Below are positions 39,118-48,883 of a stretch of DNA of 64,000 nt, piece by piece; the stretch's first letter is position 1; every line of letters begins with the position of its first letter. The notes beneath the pieces are model-generated. The model had not been told where the DNA came from. It searched no databases and was given only the letters and a program-made list of their open reading frames with translations. The DNA is taken from positions 672,001 through 736,000 of the forward strand of contig CAWHTE010000001.1 of NCBI GenBank assembly GCA_963832165.1. The letters run 5' to 3'. The stretch is from an uncultured delta proteobacterium (GTDB taxonomy: Bacteria; Myxococcota_A; UBA9160; SMWR01). A program made the translations under genes and the position numbers.

Positions 39118-41286
39118 ATGTCGCTGCTGTCGCGGCTGCGCGCCCCGGGTGCCGCCAGTGTCACGCTCGCGAGCGTCGCGCTGGTCTTCGGACTGCATTG
39201 GGTCAACGTTCCGCTGCTCGACCAGATCGAGCGCAACACCTACGACATGCGCTTCCAGTCGCGCGGGGTCGTCGCCCCGGCTCCGGAGGTGGTCCTCGCG
39301 GTCGTCGACGAGAAGAGCCTCGACGCGTTCGGGCGGTGGCCCTGGTCGCGCGCGCGCATGGCCGAGGTCGTGGACGCGCTCTCCGCAGCCGGCGCACGCG
39401 TGATCGCGTTCGACATCGGCTTCCTCGAGCCCGAGGGCGCGGGACCCGACGGCGCCCTCGCGCGCTCGATCGCGCGCTCGCCCGCGGACGTCGTGCTCGG
39501 GTACTTCTTCAACGATCCGACCGAGAAGGGGGCTCACGCGGCCGACCCGGCTGCGCTGGAGCGCGCGCTCGAGCCGATCTCGTTCACCGCGCTCACCGTC
39601 CGCTACCGCGGCAGCTCGCCCGACGCGATGCCGTTTCACCGCGGCGACGCGCCCGAAGCCAACCTGCCCGAGATCACAGCCGCTGCCGAGGGAGCCGGAT
39701 ATTTCAATATCCGGCCCGACAAGGACGGCGTGGTGCGGCGCACACCGCTGGTCATGGGCGTTGGAGTGGACGCCTACCCCTCGCTCGCGCTCGAAGCCGC
39801 GTGGTATGCGCTGGGGCGTCCGCCACTCGTTGTGGAGGTGGCGCAGAGCGGGAGCGAGAACCTGGTCACCGGGATCTCGCTCGGCGACCAGGTGATGCCG
39901 ACCGATGCGCGTGGCGAGGCCCTGCTCTCGTTCGCGGGGCCGGCCGGGACCATCCCGCACGTCTCGGTCGCCGACATCCTCGCGGGGACGGTCGCCGAAG
40001 ACAGGCTGCGTGATCGCGTCGTGATCGTCGGCGTGACGGCCACCGGAGTCTTCGATCTGCGCGCTACGCCGTTCTCCGAGGTCTACCCGGGTGCCGAGGT
40101 GCAGGCGACGGCGCTCGACAACATCCTGCGCAACCGATTCATCACGCGGCCGGGTTGGGCGAGCCTCGCCGATCAGGTCGCGATCGTGTTGCTGGGCGCG
40201 GCGACCGCACTCGCGGTCTCGCGTCTCGGCCCGGTGTCGGAGCTCCTCGCAGCGCTGGCGATCGCGGCAGCTTACGTCGGACTGGCGATCCGGCTGTTTT
40301 CCGCGAACGGACTCTGGCTCGGCCTGGTTCATCCCCTGCTCGCCGTCGGCGTCACCTACACCTCGCTCACCGTACGCGGCTATCTCGTCGAGCAGCGCGA
40401 GCGCCGCAAGGTCGCCAACGCCTTTGGTCAATACGTTTCCCCCGTCGTGATCGAGCAGATGCTGGCGAACCCGAGTCAGCTCCGGCTCGGAGGCGAGGAG
40501 CGCGTGCTCACTGTGCTCTTCTGCGACATGGCGGGCTTCACGACCATCGCCGAGCGGCTCACCCCGACGCAGACGATCGAGCTGCTCTCCGAATTCCACG
40601 CGCGCATGACGGAGCGGATCTACGCCTGCGAGGGGATGCTGAAGGAGTACGTGGGCGACGAGGTGATGGCGATCTTCGGCGCGCCGGTCGTGCAGCCCGA
40701 CCACGCGGTGCGCGCCTGTCGAGCCGCGCTCGCGATGCGCGACGCGCGCGCGCAGCTCTCGGCCGAATGGGCGCAGCGCGGTTATCCGCCGATCCGCTCG
40801 CGCACCGGCGTGAACTCGGGCGCGATGCTGGTCGGGAACATCGGCTCCCGCTATCGCTTCTCGTACGGCGTGGTCGGCGACGCCGTGAACCTGGGCTCGC
40901 GCATCGAGGGACTGAACAAGCTCTACCGCACCGAGATCCTGATCGGAGAGCAGACCGAGGTGATGCTCGGCGACGCATTCCGGCTGCGCGAGGTCGACGC
41001 GGTGCGGGTGCTCGGCAAGAAACTTCCCGTGCGAATTTTCGAGCTCCTCGGCGAGGCGGGCGAGACGCTCGATCCCCGGCGCGAGAAGCTCCTCGATCAC
41101 TACGCCACGGGCCTCGCCGCCTACCGCGAGCGGCGCTTCGACATCGGCCTCGCCGAATTCGAGGCGGCGCTCGCGCTCGTGCCCGACGACGGACCCAGTC
41201 AGACGCTGGCGGAACGCTGCCGAGTATTTCGGACAGCGCCGCCGGCGCAGGACTGGGACGGCGCCTACCAGGCGACCGAGAAATAG
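39118..41286 (+). CDS. CHASE2-TM class III nucleotide cyclase, predicted guanylyl cyclase
   Basis: CHASE2 (VDEKSL..GRWPWSR, DKDGVVRR, PGAEVQA); catalytic FCDMAGFT, KEYVGDE, YGVVGDAVNLGSRIE; C-terminal TPR-like helices. Confidence 0.92.
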   Translation: MSLLSRLRAPGAASVTLASVALVFGLHWVNVPLLDQIERNTYDMRFQSRGVVAPAPEVVLAVVDEKSLDAFGRWPWSRARMAEVVDALSAAGARVIAFDIGFLEPEGAGPDGALARSIARSPADVVLGYFFNDPTEKGAHAADPAALERALEPISFTALTVRYRGSSPDAMPFHRGDAPEANLPEITAAAEGAGYFNIRPDKDGVVRRTPLVMGVGVDAYPSLALEAAWYALGRPPLVVEVAQSGSENLVTGISLGDQVMPTDARGEALLSFAGPAGTIPHVSVADILAGTVAEDRLRDRVVIVGVTATGVFDLRATPFSEVYPGAEVQATALDNILRNRFITRPGWASLADQVAIVLLGAATALAVSRLGPVSELLAALAIAAAYVGLAIRLFSANGLWLGLVHPLLAVGVTYTSLTVRGYLVEQRERRKVANAFGQYVSPVVIEQMLANPSQLRLGGEERVLTVLFCDMAGFTTIAERLTPTQTIELLSEFHARMTERIYACEGMLKEYVGDEVMAIFGAPVVQPDHAVRACRAALAMRDARAQLSAEWAQRGYPPIRSRTGVNSGAMLVGNIGSRYRFSYGVVGDAVNLGSRIEGLNKLYRTEILIGEQTEVMLGDAFRLREVDAVRVLGKKLPVRIFELLGEAGETLDPRREKLLDHYATGLAAYRERRFDIGLAEFEAALALVPDDGPSQTLAERCRVFRTAPPAQDWDGAYQATEK

Positions 41287-41293
41287 CGCTCCG

Positions 41294-42094
41294 TTACAGG
41301 CAGGGCGGTCTGGGATCGGAGAGGCTCTTGCAGTCGCACATGGTGTAGAGCCGGCCGCCCACGATCCGGTTGGTGCACGACTCGTCCCCGTTGGAGAAGG
41401 CGCTGCCTTCCTTGAACCACGTGCCGTTTCCGATCGACTGGCCGTTGATCTCCACGTTCATGGACTCCGGCGGCAGACCGTTCGCGACCAGCTTGCAGCC
41501 AGGGCCCGTGACCGTCGCCGGGAGGCCCTTGCCCGTGAACGGGTCGGTCGGGATCGTCAGCGAGCAGTCTTTGAATTCGAGCGTCTCGGTCGTGGTGATC
41601 TGCGCGTGCGGATCGAAGACCTCGGTGCCCAGCGTGGCGATGCGACACTGCTCGACCACCTTGCCCTTCTTCACCACGATCGACCCATGGATCGGGGCAA
41701 GCGCGCCCACGACGACGAGATCGAACGGGCCGGTCTTCTGCTGATTCTGGTTGATCCGCGACGTCTGGTTGGCGCAGTCCCGCAAGGCAAGACCCGACAC
41801 GTTGTCGCCAGCGCACGGAGGGCTGTCGAAGTTGCTCGGCGGGATCACGATCACCGGTTCCCAGTCGACGGTGATCGCGACGTGATCGGGCGTCTCGCCG
41901 CGGTGCGGCGTGATGTTGTACGTCATGCCCGTGCATCGTTCGGCCGGGCAGGGAACCGCGTCGAACGGGGCGGTCGCGGTCACGGTCCATCCGCCGCCGC
42001 TCGTTCTGCACTGGAGGACGGGCTCCGATGCAGCGGCCGAGGCTGCCGCGAACAGTATCGCCGCGGAGATCACGCAGGTGAGTCGAGTGTTCAT
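41294..42094 (-). CDS. Secreted cysteine-rich hypothetical protein
   Basis: Signal peptide ending AAA; 12 Cys after it; GAGAGGGA SD; codirectional with the FecR-TPR gene. Confidence 0.7.
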   Translation of the reverse strand: MNTRLTCVISAAILFAAASAAASEPVLQCRTSGGGWTVTATAPFDAVPCPAERCTGMTYNITPHRGETPDHVAITVDWEPVIVIPPSNFDSPPCAGDNVSGLALRDCANQTSRINQNQQKTGPFDLVVVGALAPIHGSIVVKKGKVVEQCRIATLGTEVFDPHAQITTTETLEFKDCSLTIPTDPFTGKGLPATVTGPGCKLVANGLPPESMNVEINGQSIGNGTWFKEGSAFSNGDESCTNRIVGGRLYTMCDCKSLSDPRPPCL

Positions 42095-42136
42095 GTCTGT
42101 CCCTCTCTATACAACTTGGAGTGAAGCAGCCCCGCG

Positions 42137-45100
42137 CTACGGCAACGCCAGGGTGACCTTGCCATAGAAGAGCCTGCCCGGTCGCAGGTCCGGATTGTGG
42201 ATGTCGGTGGCCTGGTACGGCCCATCTTCGTCGAGGAAGTTGTTCACTCCGAACGCGACGAAACCGTAGCGCCGCGGCAGGCGGTACCGGATACCCGCGT
42301 CGTACATCCAGAAGTCGCGGTGGCCGTCTTCGAAGGCGAGCGTCGTATTGCGCAGGAACTCTCCATCCTGGTCCAGATACGTGGCGCCGAACGAGAGGCT
42401 CACGCCCGACGGATGGAACAGCTGGACGCCGAGCGGAACCCGGTGGGTGTCGACGTCGCTGAACCCATACGCGCCGGCCAGCAGGTCATCGAGCCGGAAC
42501 TGCTCGAACTGATACTCCGCGCGCAGCGCAATCCAGTCGTGAGGCGTGATGAAGAGGTAGGTGCGCGCGATCTTCTCGCGCGCGGGCTCGCGCGTCACCA
42601 CGATACCGCCCGCACCGACGATCTGGTTCGGGACCTGGAGATCGCGCCAGGAGCCCTCGACGCCCGCGAAGACGTGGCTTCCGAACTTCTGGTCGATCGC
42701 CGCGCCGTAGCGCCACGACGACGTGCCCGACGGATCGTCGTAGAACTGGTTGAAGCCGGCCACCTGCGTCGGCTCGAGCGTCTGCTGGTTCACCAGCGTG
42801 CGCTTGAGCGCGCGGAAGCCGGCCGCGCGGAACGTCGTTCCCGGCGAGAACGACGGGGTCCAGGTGAGGCCGCCCTTCGGGTTGGCCTGGTCGCGATGGC
42901 CGATGCCCTCTTCTTCGTGAAAGAAATCGCCGCTCACCCCGAGCGTCATCGACACGTTCGCGGGCAGCGCCGTGTACGTGTAGAGATAGGCGTTGTTGTG
43001 GTCGACGTTGGGCGCGCGCAGCGCCTGCGGGATGACCTGCGGATCATCCGGCACGCCGCCGGTGAACGTCAGCAGGGTGATCGTCTCGTCGACGTCGAGG
43101 CCGACCGTGCCCGCGCCGGCGACGGTCTGGACGCGGTCGACCCATCCGCCCGTGACCGAGGACAGGTCGTGGCGGTGGATCAGCTGCCCCTCACCGTTGT
43201 ATCCCGCCTCTTCCGTGTTGATGTCGCTCGAGAAGCCGAAGTCCGTGAAGACGGGATCAGTCGAGAAATCCTCGGAGTCGCCGCTGCGCTCCTCGTAGGC
43301 GAGCGAGAGCAGCGCGATCGTGTCGGCCGAGAACGCATGGCGCAGCCCGGTCCGGAAGCTCCCCGTCTCGGTGCGCTCGTCGAGGTCGCGGCTGAAATCG
43401 TCCTCGAGGAATTTCAGCGCGAGGTCGCCGTTCTCGAGGTGGCGGTAGCGGAACTCGCCCTGGACGCTCGTCTCCGGTGTCACCTGGAACTGGGCGAACG
43501 CGTTGGCGACGTTGTCCTTCTGTTCGTTGTTGGACCGGAAGCCATCGGTCCAGTACCCGCTGTAGCCGGCGGAGAACGAGAGCCGGTCGTGGATCGCCGA
43601 GACGATCCCCTCGCCGGCGTAGGTTTCGTCCTCGCCGAACAGGCCGTTGCCCTGCACCGCGACGCGGTTGCGCTCGAAGAGCGGATTGAACTCGGTGAAC
43701 GAGAGGTTCGAGGGACCCTGCGACGAGAGCAGGAACAGGCTGCCCTCGCCCTGGCGCGGCTGGATCGGCACCAGATTGTTCGGCTGGAGCATCTGCGCCT
43801 GGAACAGCTCGGAGACGCGCGCGATCTCGTGGCGCGGCTGGGAGGCGTAGGAGTCCGCGAGCAGGCGGTGGGCCGAGTGATTGCTGACGTCGGTCCCGAC
43901 GGATTTCCAACCCTCGACGAGCGCAAGGCTCTGGAAGCCGAGGTCTCCGTAGATCCGGCCGAGGCTCGCGCTGCGCGCGGCCTCGTCGGAGTCGAGCAGC
44001 AGGCGCGAGCGGTTCACGGCGCGGTTGTCGTTGCGCGCGATCGCCTCTTCCACGCTGTGCAGCGCCTGGACGGGCCGATTCGTGGTCTGCTCGGCGATCG
44101 CCTGGTAGAACCAGGGCGTCGGGTCGTTCGGATCGAGCTGCTTCGCGGTCTCGAATTCGCGCATGTCGAGACCGTCGCGCTTCTCCTCGTAGTAGGCCTT
44201 TCCGAGATAGCTGCGGATCGTCGCGTCGTTCGCGTCGAGGCTCGCGGCCACCTCGATCTCGCGCGCGCCTGCGGCGAGATCGCCGCTGCGGATCTTCGCG
44301 AGCCCGAGCCCGAGTCGCGGCATCGGGTCGGCCTGGTCGAGGTCGATCGCGCGTTCGAAAGCCATCCGCGCGGCGTCCGTCTCGACCCGGGTCAGATGCG
44401 CGAAGCCGAGCACCGTCTGGGTGCGCGAGAGCTTCGAGTCGAGCGACGCGGCGCGCTCCGCGGCGGCGAGCGCCCCGCGCAGATCGCCGAACGAGGCGCG
44501 CAGCTCGGCGACGCGCGCCCATGCGAGCGCGTTGTCCTTCTCGAGCTTCACCGCCCGCTCGGCGCTCGCGCGCGCGCCCTCGAGATCGAAGCGCGCCTGC
44601 TGTACGTAGGACGAGGCGATCTGCGCCGCTGCCGACTTCGGATCGGCGGCGACCGCGCGGTCGGCTGCGGTCTGCGCGTCCTCGCTGCGATTCTGCGCGA
44701 CGGCGATCACCGCCTGGAGCGACAGCGCATCGGGATCGTTCGGCGCGAGCTCGAGCGCTCGCGTGAGATCGGCGTTGGCCTCGTCGATGCTGCCCACCGC
44801 GAGGCGCTGCGAGGCGCGCTGCGCGAGCGCACGCGCGCTCCCATCCTCTGCTGCGGCCGCGCCCGGCGCGAGCACCGGCGGGTAGTAGAGCGCCCACTGC
44901 ACCGCGTCGCGCGGGCGCGCGACCAGCCGCGGCGCGGGCGCTTTGCCTGCCTCGGCGATCGCCGACGCGCCGGCTGCGAGCATGAGCTCGCCCGCCGCGT
45001 TCGCCGTCTGCACGCTGCCCTCGAAGACGGTGACTTCGCTGCGTCCCTCTTCGACTGCGACGAAGAACTCGGTGCCGCGCACGCCGGCCACCGCGTAGGG

Positions 45101-45502
45101 CGTGTTGACTTCGAGATTGCGTTCGCCGCGTCGGCTCAGGAAGTGGGCGGCGCCGCGCGAGAGATCGACCAGGTACTTGTCGTCCTCGGCGCCGGAGAGC
45201 GTCATCTCGGTGCGCGCGCGCAGGCGCAGCACCGACTGATCGAAGAGAGACAGGTCTGCCCGGCTGCGATCGCCCGCGCGCACCGTGTCGCCCGCGCAGA
45301 ATGCGCGATCGCGCTCGACGGGCTGCCAGTCGCTCGCGCCGGCGGGCCGCACCTCGATGACGCCCTGCACCGAGACGGCGCGCGCGACCGGCGGATCGCA
45401 GGTCGCGGACGACGCGCGCTCCCCGGCGCACACGACGCAGGCGATCGTGAGCGCGGAGGTCAGGGTAGGGATGTAGTAGTTGAGCCTGAAGGCCAACGGC
45501 AT
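42137..45502 (-). CDS. FecR + TPR + outer-membrane beta-barrel protein (NsrA-like)
   Basis: FecR (GDTVRAG, VNTPYAVAGVRGTEF, VFEGSV), AVQWALYYPP, many TPRs (LDPNDPTPW), C-terminal amphipathic beta-strand region. Confidence 0.8.
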   Translation of the reverse strand: MPLAFRLNYYIPTLTSALTIACVVCAGERASSATCDPPVARAVSVQGVIEVRPAGASDWQPVERDRAFCAGDTVRAGDRSRADLSLFDQSVLRLRARTEMTLSGAEDDKYLVDLSRGAAHFLSRRGERNLEVNTPYAVAGVRGTEFFVAVEEGRSEVTVFEGSVQTANAAGELMLAAGASAIAEAGKAPAPRLVARPRDAVQWALYYPPVLAPGAAAAEDGSARALAQRASQRLAVGSIDEANADLTRALELAPNDPDALSLQAVIAVAQNRSEDAQTAADRAVAADPKSAAAQIASSYVQQARFDLEGARASAERAVKLEKDNALAWARVAELRASFGDLRGALAAAERAASLDSKLSRTQTVLGFAHLTRVETDAARMAFERAIDLDQADPMPRLGLGLAKIRSGDLAAGAREIEVAASLDANDATIRSYLGKAYYEEKRDGLDMREFETAKQLDPNDPTPWFYQAIAEQTTNRPVQALHSVEEAIARNDNRAVNRSRLLLDSDEAARSASLGRIYGDLGFQSLALVEGWKSVGTDVSNHSAHRLLADSYASQPRHEIARVSELFQAQMLQPNNLVPIQPRQGEGSLFLLSSQGPSNLSFTEFNPLFERNRVAVQGNGLFGEDETYAGEGIVSAIHDRLSFSAGYSGYWTDGFRSNNEQKDNVANAFAQFQVTPETSVQGEFRYRHLENGDLALKFLEDDFSRDLDERTETGSFRTGLRHAFSADTIALLSLAYEERSGDSEDFSTDPVFTDFGFSSDINTEEAGYNGEGQLIHRHDLSSVTGGWVDRVQTVAGAGTVGLDVDETITLLTFTGGVPDDPQVIPQALRAPNVDHNNAYLYTYTALPANVSMTLGVSGDFFHEEEGIGHRDQANPKGGLTWTPSFSPGTTFRAAGFRALKRTLVNQQTLEPTQVAGFNQFYDDPSGTSSWRYGAAIDQKFGSHVFAGVEGSWRDLQVPNQIVGAGGIVVTREPAREKIARTYLFITPHDWIALRAEYQFEQFRLDDLLAGAYGFSDVDTHRVPLGVQLFHPSGVSLSFGATYLDQDGEFLRNTTLAFEDGHRDFWMYDAGIRYRLPRRYGFVAFGVNNFLDEDGPYQATDIHNPDLRPGRLFYGKVTLALP

Positions 45503-45781
45503 GTCTCCGTGGGAGCGCAGCACGGACGTGCCGATCGCGACGGGCGCCCATCCTAACAGTAAAGGTCCAGCGTTGACCAGTCACAAAGCACGATATTCAG
45601 GACAAGATTCGTGGAAAAAACGCTTTCGCCGTGCCGCTTTCCAACGGCCGTTCGCCTAACAAATAAAGAGCGATTTGGGCTCGAATCGGCGCAGTCGTGC
45701 GTGCGGCGCAAGCTAACGCGCGATCGGCGTGCTTCACGTGACGGTTCCGTGAACGCCTGGAGCTCCGAAGCGAGCGAATCG

Positions 45782-46621
45782 TCAGAGCTTGTTCTTGACC
45801 GGGAGCAGATCGGGATAGTCGGGCTTGCGCGCTTCCGACTTCGCCGCGAAGGCCTCCATCATGTCCGCAGGCTGGAACATGCCGGTCTGCCAAATGGCGA
45901 TGTAGTCGAGGCCGTCCGCGATCGAGTGGTCGCGCGCGTAGTTGAGCATCTCCTTGCTGCCCCAGACCGCGAGCGGCGAGCGTTCGGCGATCTCGTGTGC
46001 CACCGCGAGCACGCCCGCGACGAGGGCCTCGTGGGTCGGGAAGACCTGATTCACGAGCCCGACCTCGAGCGCCTCGCGCGCGCCGAGTCGGCGCCCCGTG
46101 TAGGCGAGCTCGCGGACGATGCCCTGCGGAATCAGGTGGGGCAGGCGCGGGAACGTTCCGACGTCGGCGGTCATGCCGATGTTGATCTCCTGGATGCAGA
46201 AGAAGGCGTCCTCGGTGCAGTAGCGCATGTCGCAGGCGCTGATCATGTCGACGCCGCCGCCGATGCAGCCGCCCTGCACCGCGGCGAGCACGGGCATGCG
46301 CGCGCGGTCGAGGCACGAGAACGTCTCCTGGAGGCGCAGTACGTCGCGGCGCAGGTTGGCGCGGCGCCGGCCCACCTCCGCGTCGGCGCCGTTCGCGCCA
46401 TCGCCCGACGTGAACACGGCGAGATCCATCCCGGCCGTGAAGTGCTTTCCGGTCGACGAGATCACGATCGCGCGCGCCTCGCCCGCGTCGTCGAGCGTGC
46501 GCACGATCTCCGGGAGCTCGCGCCAGAACTCGGGGATCATCGTGTTGTAGGCCTCGGGTCGCGAGAGCCGGACGTGGGCGATCTTGTCCGAGAGCGAGAC
46601 GTCGAAGCAGGTGTAGGACAC
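45782..46621 (-). CDS. Enoyl-CoA hydratase/isomerase family protein
   Basis: FTAGMDL, PVLAAVQGGCIGGGVD, EINIGMTADVG. Confidence 0.92.
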   Translation of the reverse strand: MSYTCFDVSLSDKIAHVRLSRPEAYNTMIPEFWRELPEIVRTLDDAGEARAIVISSTGKHFTAGMDLAVFTSGDGANGADAEVGRRRANLRRDVLRLQETFSCLDRARMPVLAAVQGGCIGGGVDMISACDMRYCTEDAFFCIQEINIGMTADVGTFPRLPHLIPQGIVRELAYTGRRLGAREALEVGLVNQVFPTHEALVAGVLAVAHEIAERSPLAVWGSKEMLNYARDHSIADGLDYIAIWQTGMFQPADMMEAFAAKSEARKPDYPDLLPVKNKL

Positions 46622-46638
46622 GCGGGATTCCTTTCTGT

Positions 46639-47214
46639 TCACGAGACGTGCATGGCGATGAACCAGACCAGCAGCCACAGCGGCGCACCGCTCGCGAATG
46701 CGAGCGCGAGCGCCGCGGTGCTCCACGACGCAAAATGGATCCGATCGGAGAGCGATACACGCGGTGCGTCGCTCTCCAGCGCGAGCCGACTGCGCACCTC
46801 GCCCACCTTCTGGTCGAGCAGCGCTTCGCTCCAGGGCTCTCCGTAGAGGTTGCGGCTGTGGCGACCACGCGTGAACGCGCGCCAGACCGCGCGCGGCGCG
46901 ATCCAGAGTCCGATCTGCATCGCGTAGAGGTTGAGCACCCAGGCCGCGATCATGTCGCGGCAGCCCGAGGCGATCTCCCACGCGCCGATCTCGGCCTCCC
47001 CCGTCCAGTCGGTGGCGTAGCCCGTCACGACGTGGTGCAGGTCGTGGAAGCGCACGGCGCGCACGCGGCCTTCCGTGTTGGGGAACGCGAAGTAGAGCGG
47101 TCCGACCGCGATCTTCACCCACTTCTCTTCGTAGCCGCCCTCGCCGAGACCGCTCAGCGCGAAATAGCGGGCGCGGGCCTCGCGCAGGCTCTGCGCTGTG
47201 TCGTAGTGCGGCAT
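46639..47214 (-). CDS. Coq4-like protein with HDxxH-x11-E motif
   Basis: HDLHHVVTGYATDWTGE; hydrophobic C-terminus. Confidence 0.55.
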   Translation of the reverse strand: MPHYDTAQSLREARARYFALSGLGEGGYEEKWVKIAVGPLYFAFPNTEGRVRAVRFHDLHHVVTGYATDWTGEAEIGAWEIASGCRDMIAAWVLNLYAMQIGLWIAPRAVWRAFTRGRHSRNLYGEPWSEALLDQKVGEVRSRLALESDAPRVSLSDRIHFASWSTAALALAFASGAPLWLLVWFIAMHVS

Positions 47215-47438
47215 GGGGGCCGCTCCACCCTACCACGGCGCGTCGCTCGGGCAACGCGGTAGCAATCGGGCGGCAACTCACCGGCAGGCGATGCGCGAGA
47301 CGTGCGCGCCGTACCTCAAGCCGATCTGCAACGGCTCCGATAGCACTATCTGGAGCAACCCGTGCGAATGTCGCCCCCCTTCCGTTCGCATCTCCGACCG
47401 TGCGTGCTGCGCGCGTTTGCGAAGCCCAGGTGCGATCG

Positions 47439-48806
47439 ATGACGGCGCGCATTCTCGTCGTCGATGATTCGACCGCGAACCTGAAGCTGCTTCGCGCGAT
47501 GCTCGCGTCGGAATACATGGAAGTGATCATCGCGCGCGACGGACCCGAGGCGCTCGTGAAGCTCGCCGAGTGCAACCCCGACGTCGCTCTGCTCGACGTG
47601 ATGATGCCGGGCATGGACGGCTTCGAGGTGTGCCGCCGGATCAAGTCGGCGCCGAGCACGTCCCCGGTGCCGGTCGTGATGCTCACGACGCTCGACCAGC
47701 CCGAGGATCGCTTCGCAGCGCTCGAGGCCGGTGCGGACGACTTCATGACCAAGCCGCTGAATCGGCCCGCGCTCATCGCGCTCGTGCGCAACCTGGTCCG
47801 CCACAAGGCGATGATCGACGTGCTGCGCATGCGCGAGCGGAGCGGGGGCGGCGGCGCACGCGCCGGCGAGCCGACCATGATGGGTGTATCGATCGACCCG
47901 GGTCGCGTGCTCCTGATCGGAGACCAGCGCGGCACCTCCGACGCGATCCGGCTCGCGCTGCTTCCGCGGCACCGCGTGCACGTCGAGAAGGACTCCGAGG
48001 ACGCGCTGCTGCTGGTCCGGCGCGCCGAGTTCGATCTGCTCGCGGTCGATCTGTCGCTGGCCGGTGCTGACGCTCTGCGCGTGTGCGCGCGTTTGCGCGC
48101 GCTCGCGGAGTCGCGGTACACGCCCGTGCTCGCGATCGCGAACCACGACGCCGAAGCGTCGCTGCGCGCGCTCGAGCTCGGCGTGAACGGGTGCGTCGCG
48201 CAGCCGCTCCACCCGGGCGAGCTGCTCGCGCGCGTGGACTCGCAGCTGCGGCGCAAGAGATACTGGGACGCGCTGCGCGACGGCGCTCGCAAGCCGCTCG
48301 AGTGGGCCGGCGTGGATCCGCTCACGCGGATGCACGATCGCCGCTACCTGGAGCGCTATCTCGGCGCGCTCGTCTCGCAGAACGTCGAGCGCGGCCGGCC
48401 CGTGTCGCTCCTGTTCATGGACGTCGACCACCTCGATGCGGTCAACGACACCTACGATCACGAGGTCGGCGACGAGGTCCTGCGCGAGGTCGCGCGCCGC
48501 ATCTCGTCGAGCCTGCGCGGGCTGGATCTGTCGTGCCGATTCGGCGGCGAGGAGTTCGTGGCGGCGTTCTCGGGGGTCGACGTCGCGACCGCGCGGCGGA
48601 TCGGCGAGCGGCTCCGAGAAAGCGTCGCCGGTCGACCGTTTCCGATCGCCACCGAGGACGGCCCGCTCCACGTCACGATCTCGGTCGGGTCGGCGACGAC
48701 GTCGAGCCGCGAGGACACCGCCGACGCACTGCTCGATCGCGCAGATCTGGCGCTGTACCGGGCCAAGAAGGACGGCTGCAACCGCGTCGTCGCCTGCGAC
48801 GCCTGA
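47439..48806 (+). CDS. pleD: PleD-like REC-REC-GGDEF diguanylate cyclase
   Basis: MTARILVVDD, LLDVMMPGMDG, RGLDLSCRFGGEEF. Confidence 0.85.
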   Translation: MTARILVVDDSTANLKLLRAMLASEYMEVIIARDGPEALVKLAECNPDVALLDVMMPGMDGFEVCRRIKSAPSTSPVPVVMLTTLDQPEDRFAALEAGADDFMTKPLNRPALIALVRNLVRHKAMIDVLRMRERSGGGGARAGEPTMMGVSIDPGRVLLIGDQRGTSDAIRLALLPRHRVHVEKDSEDALLLVRRAEFDLLAVDLSLAGADALRVCARLRALAESRYTPVLAIANHDAEASLRALELGVNGCVAQPLHPGELLARVDSQLRRKRYWDALRDGARKPLEWAGVDPLTRMHDRRYLERYLGALVSQNVERGRPVSLLFMDVDHLDAVNDTYDHEVGDEVLREVARRISSSLRGLDLSCRFGGEEFVAAFSGVDVATARRIGERLRESVAGRPFPIATEDGPLHVTISVGSATTSSREDTADALLDRADLALYRAKKDGCNRVVACDA

Positions 48807-48883
48807 GACGCTTCGGATGGGACGGCCACGGCCGGGTGGGGTTAAGATCGGGAGAACGTCCCGAGCCCACCGGAGGACCCGCC

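Noticed and set aside
39118..41286. Pycsar/CBASS-type defence cyclase
   Set aside because: CHASE2-TM receptor architecture, purine-type residues and no TIR or TM effector.
42197..45556. 1119-aa plus-strand ORF
   Set aside because: Antisense shadow of the FecR-TPR gene; stop codons are scarce at high GC and it has no recognisable motifs.
45570..45636. CRP half-site, TGAC-CA-GTCA palindrome and a sigma54-like CGGCACG-N4-AAGC upstream of the NsrA-like gene
   Set aside because: Each match is partial (wrong spacing or missing TT) and could arise by chance.
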